Assembly (NCBI RefSeq): GCF_020745735.1
Contig: NC_083403.1
Span: forward strand, 74,681,003-74,745,002
Origin: Hemiscyllium ocellatum
Lineage: Eukaryota
DNA: 64,000 bases
Direction: 5' to 3'
How positions within the stretch are numbered: position 1 is the first letter of the stretch; each line of letters starts with the position of its first letter. The notes beneath the pieces were generated by a model. The model was not told the origin of the DNA. It saw nothing but the letters and a program-made list of their open reading frames with translations, and did not search any database. This document shows, piece after piece, positions 24,136-34,600 of this stretch. The translations under genes were made by a program, and so were the position numbers.

Positions 24136-24988
24136 GTGTCAAAACGTGGTGCTGGAAAAAGCACTGTAGGTTAGGCAGCATCCCAGCAGCAGGAGCTGAC
24201 TTTTCAGGCATAAGCCCATCATCAGGAATGTGGAGGGGGAAGGGGGCTGAGAGATAAATGGGGGGTGGGGTGGGGCTGGGGTGAAGTTGAGTGGGATGGC
24301 TATAGGTGAAAGGTGATTGTGATAGGTTGGTGAGAAGGGTGGAGCACATAGGTGGGAAGGAAGATGGACAGATCAGATAGGTCAAGAGGATAGTATCTAG
24401 TTGGGACAAGGCGGGGGTTGGGAAGATCGGGGAACTGGTGAAGTCCATGTGATTCTCAGATCCCGAGGTTGTTCTTCCAGGTGGCGGGTGGCTTTGATTT
24501 GTTGGTAGAGGAGGGCCAGTGCAGGAGTAGGATTCCCACCACTTTATTGGAAATTGTCACGTAGTCAGGGTGGTTTGGTTGTAAAAATAATGGACCTCTA
24601 TTGGTACAGTAAACCTTTATTGATTCTATACATTACTGCCGGCAGGTTTTGGCAAATCTTACAATACTTTCAAGGTCATTGACCCGAAACATTTACTGTT
24701 TCTTTTTCATAGATATTACCAAACCCGCTGGGTGTTTCCAGCATTTTCCAATTCTATCTTAGCAGCATCCGCATTAGTTTGTTTGCATTGGAAAATATAT
24801 TCTGTACATAGTTGAAAACATTTGTTTCTTTTGCTACAGATTCACATTTCAGGTCATAAATACAATCAGATTTTGATGTGTCGAGTCTTTTTTTCAAAAT
24901 AAGGCTTAAAATATGCGTAGCTTCACTGCAGTGCAACCACAATCAAAAAGTGCAACTTCACAAAGTCTCATTTCCCACAAATCTATCT

Positions 24989-25444
24989 TCACTCAAGCAG
25001 CGTGATGAGAGCGCGATCATCCCTTCCTTGCCAAAGCATTTCCCCTTCAAAATGAACCAGACCGTGTTTTCTCGCTCGTAGCAGGATTCCCACCACTTTA
25101 TTGGAAATTGTCACGTAGGCATCAAACAATCTCCCGAAAGTTATGCAGATGTTCCCGCCTGGCCCGGCTTCTCCGTACCTTCTAATAACATAAAGCAACT
25201 CTTCGACTTCTTTCCCGATGTGGGTATGTGCGTCTTTACCTCTCTGGTCTGTTTTGGATCCCTTTTTGGGACGCCCGTATTCTTCATCCCCTCTCTGCAA
25301 GCGCAGAGTGACCGCGTGGGAGCCGCTGAAAGGATTGGACCTTTGGTACTGCCTGTGGTTGTCGGCCCATTCCTGCCACTTCTTCCTCAGGCTTGCATTT
25401 CCGTCCTGTCCTGGCATTTGGCGATTGCCTCCACTCGCTGCCAT
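24989..25444 (-). CDS. Short actin-binding Rho-activating protein (ABRA/STARS)-like protein, Costars domain, single coding exon, 151 aa
   Basis: Intact ORF with ABRA C-terminal hallmarks: KKWQEWADNH..NPFS, GDEEYGRPKKG, TFGRLFDAYVTISNKVVGILLRARKHGLVHFEGEMLWQGRDD. aaaATGG Kozak context, in-frame stops just upstream, CpG-rich. Confidence 0.9.
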   Translation of the reverse strand: MAASGGNRQMPGQDGNASLRKKWQEWADNHRQYQRSNPFSGSHAVTLRLQRGDEEYGRPKKGSKTDQRGKDAHTHIGKEVEELLYVIRRYGEAGPGGNICITFGRLFDAYVTISNKVVGILLRARKHGLVHFEGEMLWQGRDDRALITLLE

Positions 25445-26058
25445 TTTTATTCCCGCACATTATCAGGATCCCCTAATCCTGGAAGGTCATCGCAGTCATT
25501 TCTGACCCTATAACAAACAGCGGCCGATTCGCTTTTCACATTATTCACTTACAGTGAAGATTTTTCTGGATGTTTTTGCTGTTAAACGCCCACACCAAAC
25601 TGCAGACTTGGACACCCTATCGGACGTCCTGCTGCATGTCACACTCGGCCGGGATCATTAGGATTGACGGCTTCATAAACCGACAGGAGAAACATTTCAT
25701 CTGGACACCAATAGGCTGAGCCGAGGGTGAGAGCGCCGTCTGTCCATTGGATAATGCAACTTGTTGCAATCGATCAGTGTCACCAATACTAAATGATACT
25801 GTGTCTCCCCAAGTTGTGGATGAGATATTCAGTGTTTCGTTTTTTTTGTGTACTCTGGAGTGCTATTACGCACAATTCTCACCACTAAAATCACTGTGAC
25901 GTTTCTGTTTTTTTAAAAAAAAAGGAAACCAGTAACCACCACCAGTAAAAACAATGCAAGAGCAAATTATTGCAGATGCTGGAATCTGTACTGAAACCCA
26001 AAAAAACTGCTAAAAATCACACAACACCAGGTTATAGTCCAACAGGTTTAATTGGAAG

Positions 26059-26093
26059 CACTAGCTTTCGGAGCGACGCTCCTTCATCAGGTG
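26059..26093 (-). ncRNA. Minimal hammerhead ribozyme motif, left arm of the fold-back Penelope element
   Basis: Reverse strand reads CAC-CUGAUGA-A-GGAGC-GUC-GCUCC-GAAA-GCUA-GUG. Confidence 0.72.
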
Positions 26094-27442
26094 ATTGTGG
26101 AGGGCTCAATCGTAATACAGAATTTACAGCAAAAATTTACAGTGTGATGTCAATTAAATTATACATTGAAAAATTGATTGTCTGTTAAGCCTTTCATCTG
26201 TTAGAATACAGTGATAGTTTCACTTCTTTCAGGTGTAAATCACAAAACCTTTCTTTTAAAAAGTTGCATTCTCGGATTAGCTGTTAACAATGGTGATAGC
26301 TAGACAATATGTTGAAGGTGTTGGCCCCCTGTGTTCTCTGTCTATGCCCTAATGTTTAGATTGATTCTAATCTAAAAAGTGAGATCACGGAGTTATACAT
26401 AAATTTACATAAATGTGTGTGTAGTGTCTTAAGTCTGTGAGGGGTAGTGTGTGTGTCTGTAAGGGTGTGTGTGGGTATCTGTGTGCACGTCTGTGTGTAT
26501 GTGTGTCCGTGTGTATGTGTGTATAGGAGTGCCTGTATGTGTGTAGGAGTATCTGTGTGTGTGTATAGTGCAATGGTGGTCACCTGCAATGTGACATGAA
26601 CCCAAGGTCCTGGTTGATGCCCTCCCTATGGGTACCGGAACGTAGCTATCAGCCTCTGCTCGGCCAATTTTCTCTGCTGCCTGTCCCAAAGTCCACCTTG
26701 GAGGATGATCACCCGAAGGTCTGAGGCTGAATGTCCTGGACTACTGAAGTGTTCCCCAACTGGAAGGGAACCCTCCTATCTGTTGTGCGGTGCCCATTCA
26801 TCCATTGTCGTAGCCTTTGCTCAGTTTCCCTAATGTACCATGCCTCCAGGCATCCTTGCCTGCAACGTATAAGATAGACAACGTTGGCTGAGTCACATGA
26901 GTACCTGCCATGTACAAGGTCGGAGGTGGCCCCATGCATAATGGTGATATTACACATACACTTTCTCACACTCACAACCCCCAAGCCAGACAGACACAGA
27001 CACACAGACAGACAAAGACCCACATGCACACATATATTTTGTGGGGTGAATTTGTACTTGCAGAGTTACATTATACTTTGCTCAAAAACTGCATGCATTC
27101 ATGTAGAACTCTGAGCTCAAAAACTGCATGAATTTATGTAAAACTCCATTATCTCACTTTTTAGATTAGAATCAATCTAAACATCATAGCAAAAACAGAG
27201 AACACAGGGGGCCAACACCTTCAACATATCGTCTAGCTATCACCATTGTTAACAGCTAACCTGAGAATGCAACTTTTTAAAAAAAAGGTTTTGTGATTTA
27301 CACATGAAAGAAGTGAAACTATCACTGTATTCTAACAGATGAAAGGCTTAACAGACAATCAATTTTTCAATGTATAATTTCAGTTACATCACGCTGTAAA
27401 TTTTTGCTATAAATTCTGTGTTAGGATTGAGCCCTCCACAAT

Positions 27443-27478
27443 CACCTGATGAAGGAGCGTCGCTCCGAAAGCTATGTG
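27443..27478 (+). ncRNA. Minimal hammerhead ribozyme motif, right arm of the fold-back Penelope element
   Basis: CAC-CUGAUGA-A-GGAGC-GUC-GCUCC-GAAA-GCUA-(U)GUG. Confidence 0.65.
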
Positions 27479-28169
27479 CTTCCAATTAAAGCTGTTGGAC
27501 TATAACCTGGTGTTGTGTGATTTTTAACTTTGTACACCCCCGTCCAACACCGGCATCTCCAAATCTTGTTCAGTAAACCAGTCTAAAACTCTTTATTCAC
27601 TTTTGAGTTAACTTGCAACAATTAAAATGCATCTGGAAGGGTATATGAATAGGAAGAGTTTGGAGGGATATGGGCCAGGTGCTAGCAGGTGGGAGTTGAT
27701 GGAATTGGGATATCTGGTCAGCGTGGACGAGTTGGACCGAAGGGTCTGTTTCCGTGCTGTACATTTCTGTGACTCTATGACTCTAACACAACTGTGCACA
27801 AAGGTAAGTAAGATTCGGATAAGTTTAAAACTAGTTAGAGTATTTACATTTATATAGTGCCTGCCATGACTTGAAGGACCTCCCAAAACTTTTAAATGCA
27901 ATTATTATTATCTTGTAGGGCTGCAGACAAATTAGAAAACTTCCAGAGATTATTGTCAAAGATGAAATCAAAATAAGGATCAAACAGCTTGACAAACCCT
28001 ATTGAGTTATTTGAAGAGACAGATGGTTAAGAATGATGAACTTTAGTTACAGACTTTGAAAAGACATTCAGTAAAGAAACATTTACTCCTTTCCTAATAT
28101 CACTGTTGGTGTACTTACCCATCTGATTCCAGCAGTTTAGGAAGATGGCACACCATCACCTTATCAGGA

Positions 28170-29828
28170 GAGGAGAGTCAAGGGGCAAAGTTGAGTATGG
28201 TAGCCATTCCAAAAGAAAAAATGCTAGAAAGAAAAGCTAAAAGGTCTAAAATTGATAAATTTCCTGGCCCGGATGGGCTATATCCCAGAGTTCTAAGGGA
28301 GGTGGCTGAAGAAATAGTAGGAGCGTTGGTTGTAATCTTTCAAAAATCACTGGAGTCAGAGAAAGTCCTAGATGATTGGAAAATCGCTGTTGTAACCCCC
28401 TTGTACAAGAAAGGATCAAGACAAAAGATGGAAAATTAGAGGCTGATTAGCCTAACCTCGGTTGTAGGTAAAATTCTAGAGTCCATCATTAAGGATGAGA
28501 TTTCTAAATTCTTGGAAGTGCATGGTCGGATTAGAACAAATCAGCATGGATTTAGTAAGGGGAGGTTATGCCTGACAAATCTGTTAGAATTCTTTGAAGA
28601 GGTAACAAGTAGGTTAGACCAAGAAAACCCAGTGAATGTTATCTACCTAGACTTCCTAAAGGCCTTTGATAAGGTGCCTCACGGGAGGCTGCTGAGTAAG
28701 GTGAGGACCCATGGTATTCAAGATGAGCTACTGGCATGGATTGAGGATTGGCTGTCTAACAGAAGGCAGGGAATTGGGATGAAAGGTTCTTTTTCGGAAT
28801 GGCAGCTAGTGACAAGTGGTGTCCCGCAGGGTTCAGTGTTGTGGCCACAGCTGTTCACTTTATATATTAATGATCTGGATGAAGGAACTGGCGTCATTTT
28901 GGCAAAGTTCACCAATGATACGAAGTTAGGCAGACAGGCAGGTAGTACTGAGGAGGTGGGGAGGCTGCAGAAAGATTTGGACAGTTTAGGAGAGTGGTGC
29001 GAGAAATTCCTGATGAAATTCAATGTGAGCAAATGTGAGGTCTTGCAATGTGGAAAAAGAATACAGGCCTGGACTATTTTCTAAATGGTGAGAAAATTCA
29101 TAAAGCCAAAATACAAAGAGATCTGGGAATGCTAGTCCAGGACTCTCTAAATGTTGACTTGCAGGTTGAGTCTGTGGTTAAGAAAGCAAATGTAATGTTG
29201 TCATTTATCTCAAGAGTGTTGGAATGTAAAAGCAGTGATGTTCTGATGAAACTTTATAAAGCTCTGGTTAGGCCCCATTTAGAATACTCTGTCTGGTTTT
29301 GGGCCCCACACCTCAGGAAGGACTTACTGGCACTAGAGCATGTCCAGTGGAGATTCACGTGGATTATCCCTGGAATGGTAAGCTGAACACATGATGAACA
29401 ATTGAGGATCCTGGGATTGTATTCATTAGAGTTCATAAGGTTGAGGGGAGATCTAATAGAAACTTACAAGATAATGCATGGCTTAGAAAGGGTGGCCGCT
29501 GAGAATTTATTTCCGTTAGGCGGAAATACTAGGACCCATGGGCACAGCCTTAGAATTAGCGGGGGTAAATTTAGAACAGAAATGAAGAGACATTTCTTCA
29601 GCCAGAGAGTGATGGGTCTGTAGAATTCATTGCCGCAGAGTGCAGTGGAGGCCGGAACGTTAAATGTCTTCAAGGCAGAGCTTGATAAATTCTTAATCTC
29701 GTAATGAATTAAGGGATATGGGGAGAGTGCGGGTAAGTGGCATTGAAATGCCCATCAGCTGTGATTGAATGGTGGAGTGATTTGATGGGCCGAATGGACT
29801 TACTTCCACTCCTATTTCTTATTTCTTA
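28170..29828 (+). mobile_element. CR1-type LINE, 5'-truncated RT to 3' tail
   Basis: [45 protein letters not shown]; premature stops; (ttctta)n-like tail. Confidence 0.92.
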
Positions 29829-30585
29829 TTGAACTGAATGATGACTCAATGGCACACCTGTGAAAGTTGGCAACGGTATTCGCCTCAGCTGCCTGAAGAA
29901 GAAGACTTTGCTGGGCCTTTGTAACCAGTGCATCCACATGAAGAGTCCAAGAAAGCTTGTTGTGGATGACCACTCCCAGGGGCGTGACACTCTCCACTCA
30001 TTCCACCTCTGTGATGGACATTAATTGCTGGCCCAGCCAGCTGAGCCCACATTCTCCTGAATGAATTTAGAAAGCAGACACATTTGGTATGAAATTATTG
30101 TGGTTACCTGGATAGATAATTTGTCTAAGAAAAAGCCACTTTGTAGTATGTACATGCTAGGAGAATTGCAAGAAATGTTGCAAACAGAAGAACTTAATGT
30201 GGAGAAATGGTAATGAGTAGTACAATTATATATTTTATTAGGACAATATGCTCTGGAGAGGATTGGAAGATGACCAGAATTTTCCCCTTTGCTGGGGTTA
30301 CTTTCAGCTAGTTAATATCGCTGGAATTTAGAAGAAAGAAAAGAGAATCTCATAGGAACCTATACAATCCTAAAAGGACGAGACAAGATAAATGCAGGAA
30401 AGACATTCTTGATGACCAGGGAGTCCAGAACCAGAAGTCACAGTCTAAAGACACAATGTAGGCTATTTAGGACTGAGATGAGAGGAAATTTCTTCACCTA
30501 GGGAGTAGTGAGCTTGTGGAATTCTCTGGCATAGAAAGTAATTGAGGCCAAAACATTGAATGTTTCCAGCAGGAGTTAGACATAG

Positions 30586-30888
30586 TTTAGATTAGACTTA
30601 CAGTGTGGAAACAGGCCCTTCGGCCCAACAAGTCCACACCGACCCGCCGAAGCGCAACCCACCCATACCCCTACATTTACCCCTTACCTAACACTACGGG
30701 CAATTTAGCTTGGCCAATTCACCTAACCCGCACATCTTTGTGACTGTGGGAGGAAACCGGAGCACCCGGAGGAAACCCACGCAGACACGGGGAGAACGTG
30801 CAAACTCCACACAGTCAGTCGCCTGAGTCGGGAATTGAACCCGGGTCTACAGGCACTGTGAGGCAGCAGTGCTAACCACTGTGCCACC
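30586..30888 (-). mobile_element. HE1-like SINE, young copy, nested in a CR1 3' fragment (about 30320-31015)
   Basis: Near-identical reverse complement of 845-1156, with CpGs retained. Confidence 0.9.
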
Positions 30889-31329
30889 AAAGGGGTCAAA
30901 GGATAAGGGGTGAAAGCAGAAACAGGATACTATGTTTAATGATCAGCCCTGAATATGTTGAGTGGTGGGACAGGCTAAAAGGGCATACTAATTTATACCC
31001 GCTGCTATTTTCTACGTCTCAATTTTCTACTTTTTTTTCAGAAACTGGAGGCCCTGTTTAGCAAACTGCACACTTCAAAGAGATGTACCTTTCAGTTTCT
31101 GTATTTCTATACTATAAGTAGTGTAGCGTGGAAAGTTTCATTTAAAATCGTATCAATGGTTTTCAGATTCGTGTTTTTTGTCTAGAATATACAGGATGGG
31201 CCGAATGTCCTCATTCTGCATCTTAACGATTCTGTGAACACGATGAAGAGAACAGGTTCGAATCTAAGAATAACACAATAAATATAACAGAAGAATACAA
31301 TTTGGAAGAGTTCTTTTAAAGAAAAAGCA

Positions 31330-31640
31330 AGAATTGATTGACGTAAAAGGAAGCCAATGTGAGAAGGTGATTGTTGATGTCGAGGGCGAGTTAGTCCCGG
31401 AACCAAGCGTCGCGGCTCTGGCGGAGCACGGGATGGTTTTGTTGACGGACGGGAACATGGCACTTTCCAGGGGGAACGTGTGTCGGAGGTTTTTGCTGCT
31501 TTTAGCTCAAGAAAACCTGGAATTCCGGCTCCCGGTGAGTCCGAGTCGGGTCCGGGTTCTGGCCGCCCGGTGATAACCGGAGATGGGATTGAACTCTCGG
31601 TCAGACCTGGCACCGCGGATTCACTTCCAGAACAAGGGGA
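31330..31640 (+). promoter_or_regulatory. CpG-rich TRMT11 promoter / first-exon region
   Basis: Local CpG enrichment; CRE-like TGACGTAA, GGAAG and CCAAT motifs at about 31338-31360. Confidence 0.55.
31457..31534 (+). CDS. TRMT11: TRMT11 exon 1
   Basis: aacATGG; [26 protein letters not shown] |gtgagt; CpG-rich. Confidence 0.92.
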
Positions 31641-34600
31641 GAATTTGCAGCGTTTTGTGTTTCAAATTTCCAGCAGCTGCAGGAGTCAGTTTTTCCAGCA
31701 AGGAAGGAGGCCACTCGGTCCATCGTGACTGCTCCTGGCATAAGACATCCACCTGTTCCAAAACAGTTCAAAGAATTGTTTAACTGCGGATGCTGGAAAT
31801 CTGAAACAAAAACAAAGTGCTGGAGGAACTCTGCATTGTCTGACAACATATGTGGAAGAAAAATGTTAACTGTTTTTCCAGCAATTTCTTTTTTTGATTC
31901 AAAACCCATTTTCCAGCACTTGACCTATGGCTTGTATATTATGGCAATTCATGTGGTCATCTCAGTATTTTCTGAATGTCTGTAGGGCCCCTGCTTGTTC
32001 TATTCTTTCAGTATTCTAGATCCCCACAACCCGTTTGGGTGAAAAAACACCTCAAATCCCCTCTAAACCAGCTCCTTAGCATAAAAGTTTGGCCCTTGGA
32101 TATTGACCTCTCAACTGAGGGGAAAGATTTCTCACTGTGTACCTTGTCTCTGTCCCTCAATTTTGTACTCTACAAACAGATTCCAACCCCCTCCAAGGAA
32201 AAACACCAACTCTTTGTAGTTTTTCTTCATAGCTGAATAATTCCCTGCCCAGATAACACCCTGGGGAATCTTGTCTCCATCCTCTTGAATGCAATCACAC
32301 CCTTCATATTGTGTAACAACCAGAACTTTTCACAGTATTCCATCTGTGGCCTAACTGGTGTTCTGTAGAGCTGTATCATAAGCTCTTTGCTCTTCAGTGC
32401 CTCCACTAACAAAGGCAACGGTCACCATAATCACCTTCTATTTCCATAGATCATTTGCTGAATATAGTTCATGCTCCAGGTGCTTGCAGTCTCTCTGCAT
32501 CTCATTCAAATTCACATGAAGAGTGAGCTCTAATAACAATCGCTTCACACAACCATAGTTGGGTGGCTGATCATGTCTCTGCTACAGCTCTGGTGCTTTC
32601 CCAAGAGGTGTAAATTTCACCCACACCCTGTGATGCAGAGCTGGTTTCCCTCTGTGAGGATTTCCTGCTTTCTTGGCTATCAAGACTTAACTCGAGACCT
32701 TTTGCTAGTGGGGCCCTACAAAAAAGGTGATATAAGACTCAGGACTGCGAAATGGTCTTGACTCAAAAGAAAGGAGCAGCACCTTAGTTTAACCACTTCT
32801 CCTTGTTAGTTAAGTCGTATTCATGATGATTTGATGAATTGCAGTATCATAACAATAAAAAAACCTTTCTATCTAAATTAATAAGTAATTCTTATACTGT
32901 TGTAAACTTTGTAGATGGTGCATTCACATATTGCGTGAACAGATATTTTGTTTGCTTCGAGTACTGTTATTTCTCCTCTGACACTTCAGCCCTACAGATG
33001 CATGATCTCTCTAATGTGTATGAAAAGTTTTACATGAGCATAATTTGAGCTGTTCATTTAGAGGAATGAGAGGTAATCTCATTGAAAGAAATAGGGTTTC
33101 TTAAGGGTCTTGATAGGGTTAACTCTAAGATGGTGGTGCCATTGATGGGAGAATCTTGGACCAGAGGGGACAGTCTCAGAATAAAGGGATGCCAATTTAA
33201 AATTGAGATCAGGAGGAATTTCTTTAAACTCTTGAAACTCTTTAAAACTCTTTGTCACAGTGAGCTGTGAGGACAGAGAGACCTTGTGAATGTTTAACTT
33301 CGAGATAGGTAAAATCCTTGATTCCTCGTTTGATCAACGATCTGGGGAAAGGGCAGGAAAGTGCATGCGAAGAATGTTGGATCCGCCATAATCCTATTGA
33401 ATGGCAAAGCAGGCTTGAGAGGCCATAAGGCTTGCTATTTCCTGTGGTCAGCATAATTTTGATCAGTGTGCATATATGTATTATCTAGCACAAGATCTGT
33501 CCTTATGATGCAAAATGGTTAGTAACTGCTGGTGCAACCGGGTCCAGGAATGGACCGATTCACCTTGTGTGCCATTCATTCATTATTCCAAACAGGAACC
33601 ATCCTCACTGTCTATGCTTTTGTAATTCAATGTTGATGATATGAACATCTGAAGAAATTTTAACGTCACCTTATTGCTGGTTGCTAAGCCACGAGATTCA
33701 GTCTCTTGGCTAGAGTGATTGTCAAGACCACCTACAAAGGTAGGGAGAATCATACAAATTTTAATGTTTTTTATCCTTTAATGCAATAATGTAGCTGTCA
33801 TTAAGCACACCTAAACTGTACCAAACAAAAAGATGTTGGAGGGATATTGAAACTCCGATCAGAAAGTCTTATTTGGTAATCAAGGAAGTACTTGTTAAGT
33901 GAGTATTCTTTTAATTCAGAAGGGTTTTGATTCGACAGCTTTTCAGGGTTTTAATATGCGCCATTGCCAACCATATATCTTTTTGTTACAGGAACTAAAA
34001 TCCCTGTTTTCTCTTTGTGGTGGACAATTAAAATGTGAAGAAAGCTTTGATGAAAAGGTATGGTACATCCTTAACTTTTACCACTAAATACACAGATAAT
34101 CATATCACACTACACTTGTTAGTGATTGGATTTGTTATATTTATCCTGAGAAATCTCAAGTTATATTACAGTCTTTGTTTGTTTGGTATGTTGTCATGTT
34201 CTGTAACATATATACTAATTAGTATGTGAGGTTGTCTTTTTATATTAGTGATTGTGCAATAATCTGTTTGTATCACAAAAGTCACAAAAGCATGTTAAAG
34301 CTTCTTGATAGAAAAGTGTAAGCAACGTTCAATGGCTGTTGCTGACTATCATTTTCCACACTCATACATATACTGCTACCCTCTGCATTCCAGGTATGAT
34401 TGCTCACCTAATTTTTCAACACATGAAACCTTATCCATGTTCTCCTGGGTCAATTTCCACCTCCTCTACCACCTTACTGATATAATGGATCACATCCTGT
34501 TTAGTACCTGTAAATTAAATAAGGCCAAAAGGTGATATATTTCAGACGTTCAATGCTTGAAATAAAAGCAGCGAAGAATGGCAGTGCAAGTTAGATAACC

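Larger units (their letters stand above)
26011..27565. mobile_element. Penelope-like element remnant with ~390-bp inverted terminal repeats around a GIY-YIG fragment
   Basis: 26011-26405 is the reverse complement of about 27130-27526. The - strand core reads GRYSCDSANVVYLIRCRQGCLEAWYIRETEQRLRQWMNGHR, with TG/CA microsatellite-like flanks. Confidence 0.85.

Noticed and set aside
24989-25444. Calling the ORF ABRACL, canonical ABRA, or a processed pseudogene
   Set aside because: It is too long for ABRACL and has ABRA-specific upstream motifs. It lacks ABRA's long N-terminus and sits in a different gene neighbourhood. The ORF is intact with no poly-A or TSD, so no symbol was assigned.
25508-25552. 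Apparent intron in the ABRA-like 5' leader (GTAAGT...TTGTTATAG on the - strand)
   Set aside because: Only 45 nt, shorter than normal vertebrate introns. The acceptor could serve an unseen upstream non-coding exon, but in-frame stops after it rule out a coding extension.
26356-26689. His/Thr-rich ORFs
   Set aside because: Translations of a degenerate (TG)n/(CA)n tract inside the Penelope-like element.
28191-29623. Possible active or domesticated reverse transcriptase
   Set aside because: 5'-truncated CR1 with stops and frameshifts, and the catalytic FADD motif is mutated to FTND.
31182-31613. 143-aa antisense ORF over the TRMT11 first exon (possible bidirectional gene)
   Set aside because: Non-ATG start, low-complexity Pro/Ser-rich text typical of a GC-rich antisense frame, and no recognisable domain.
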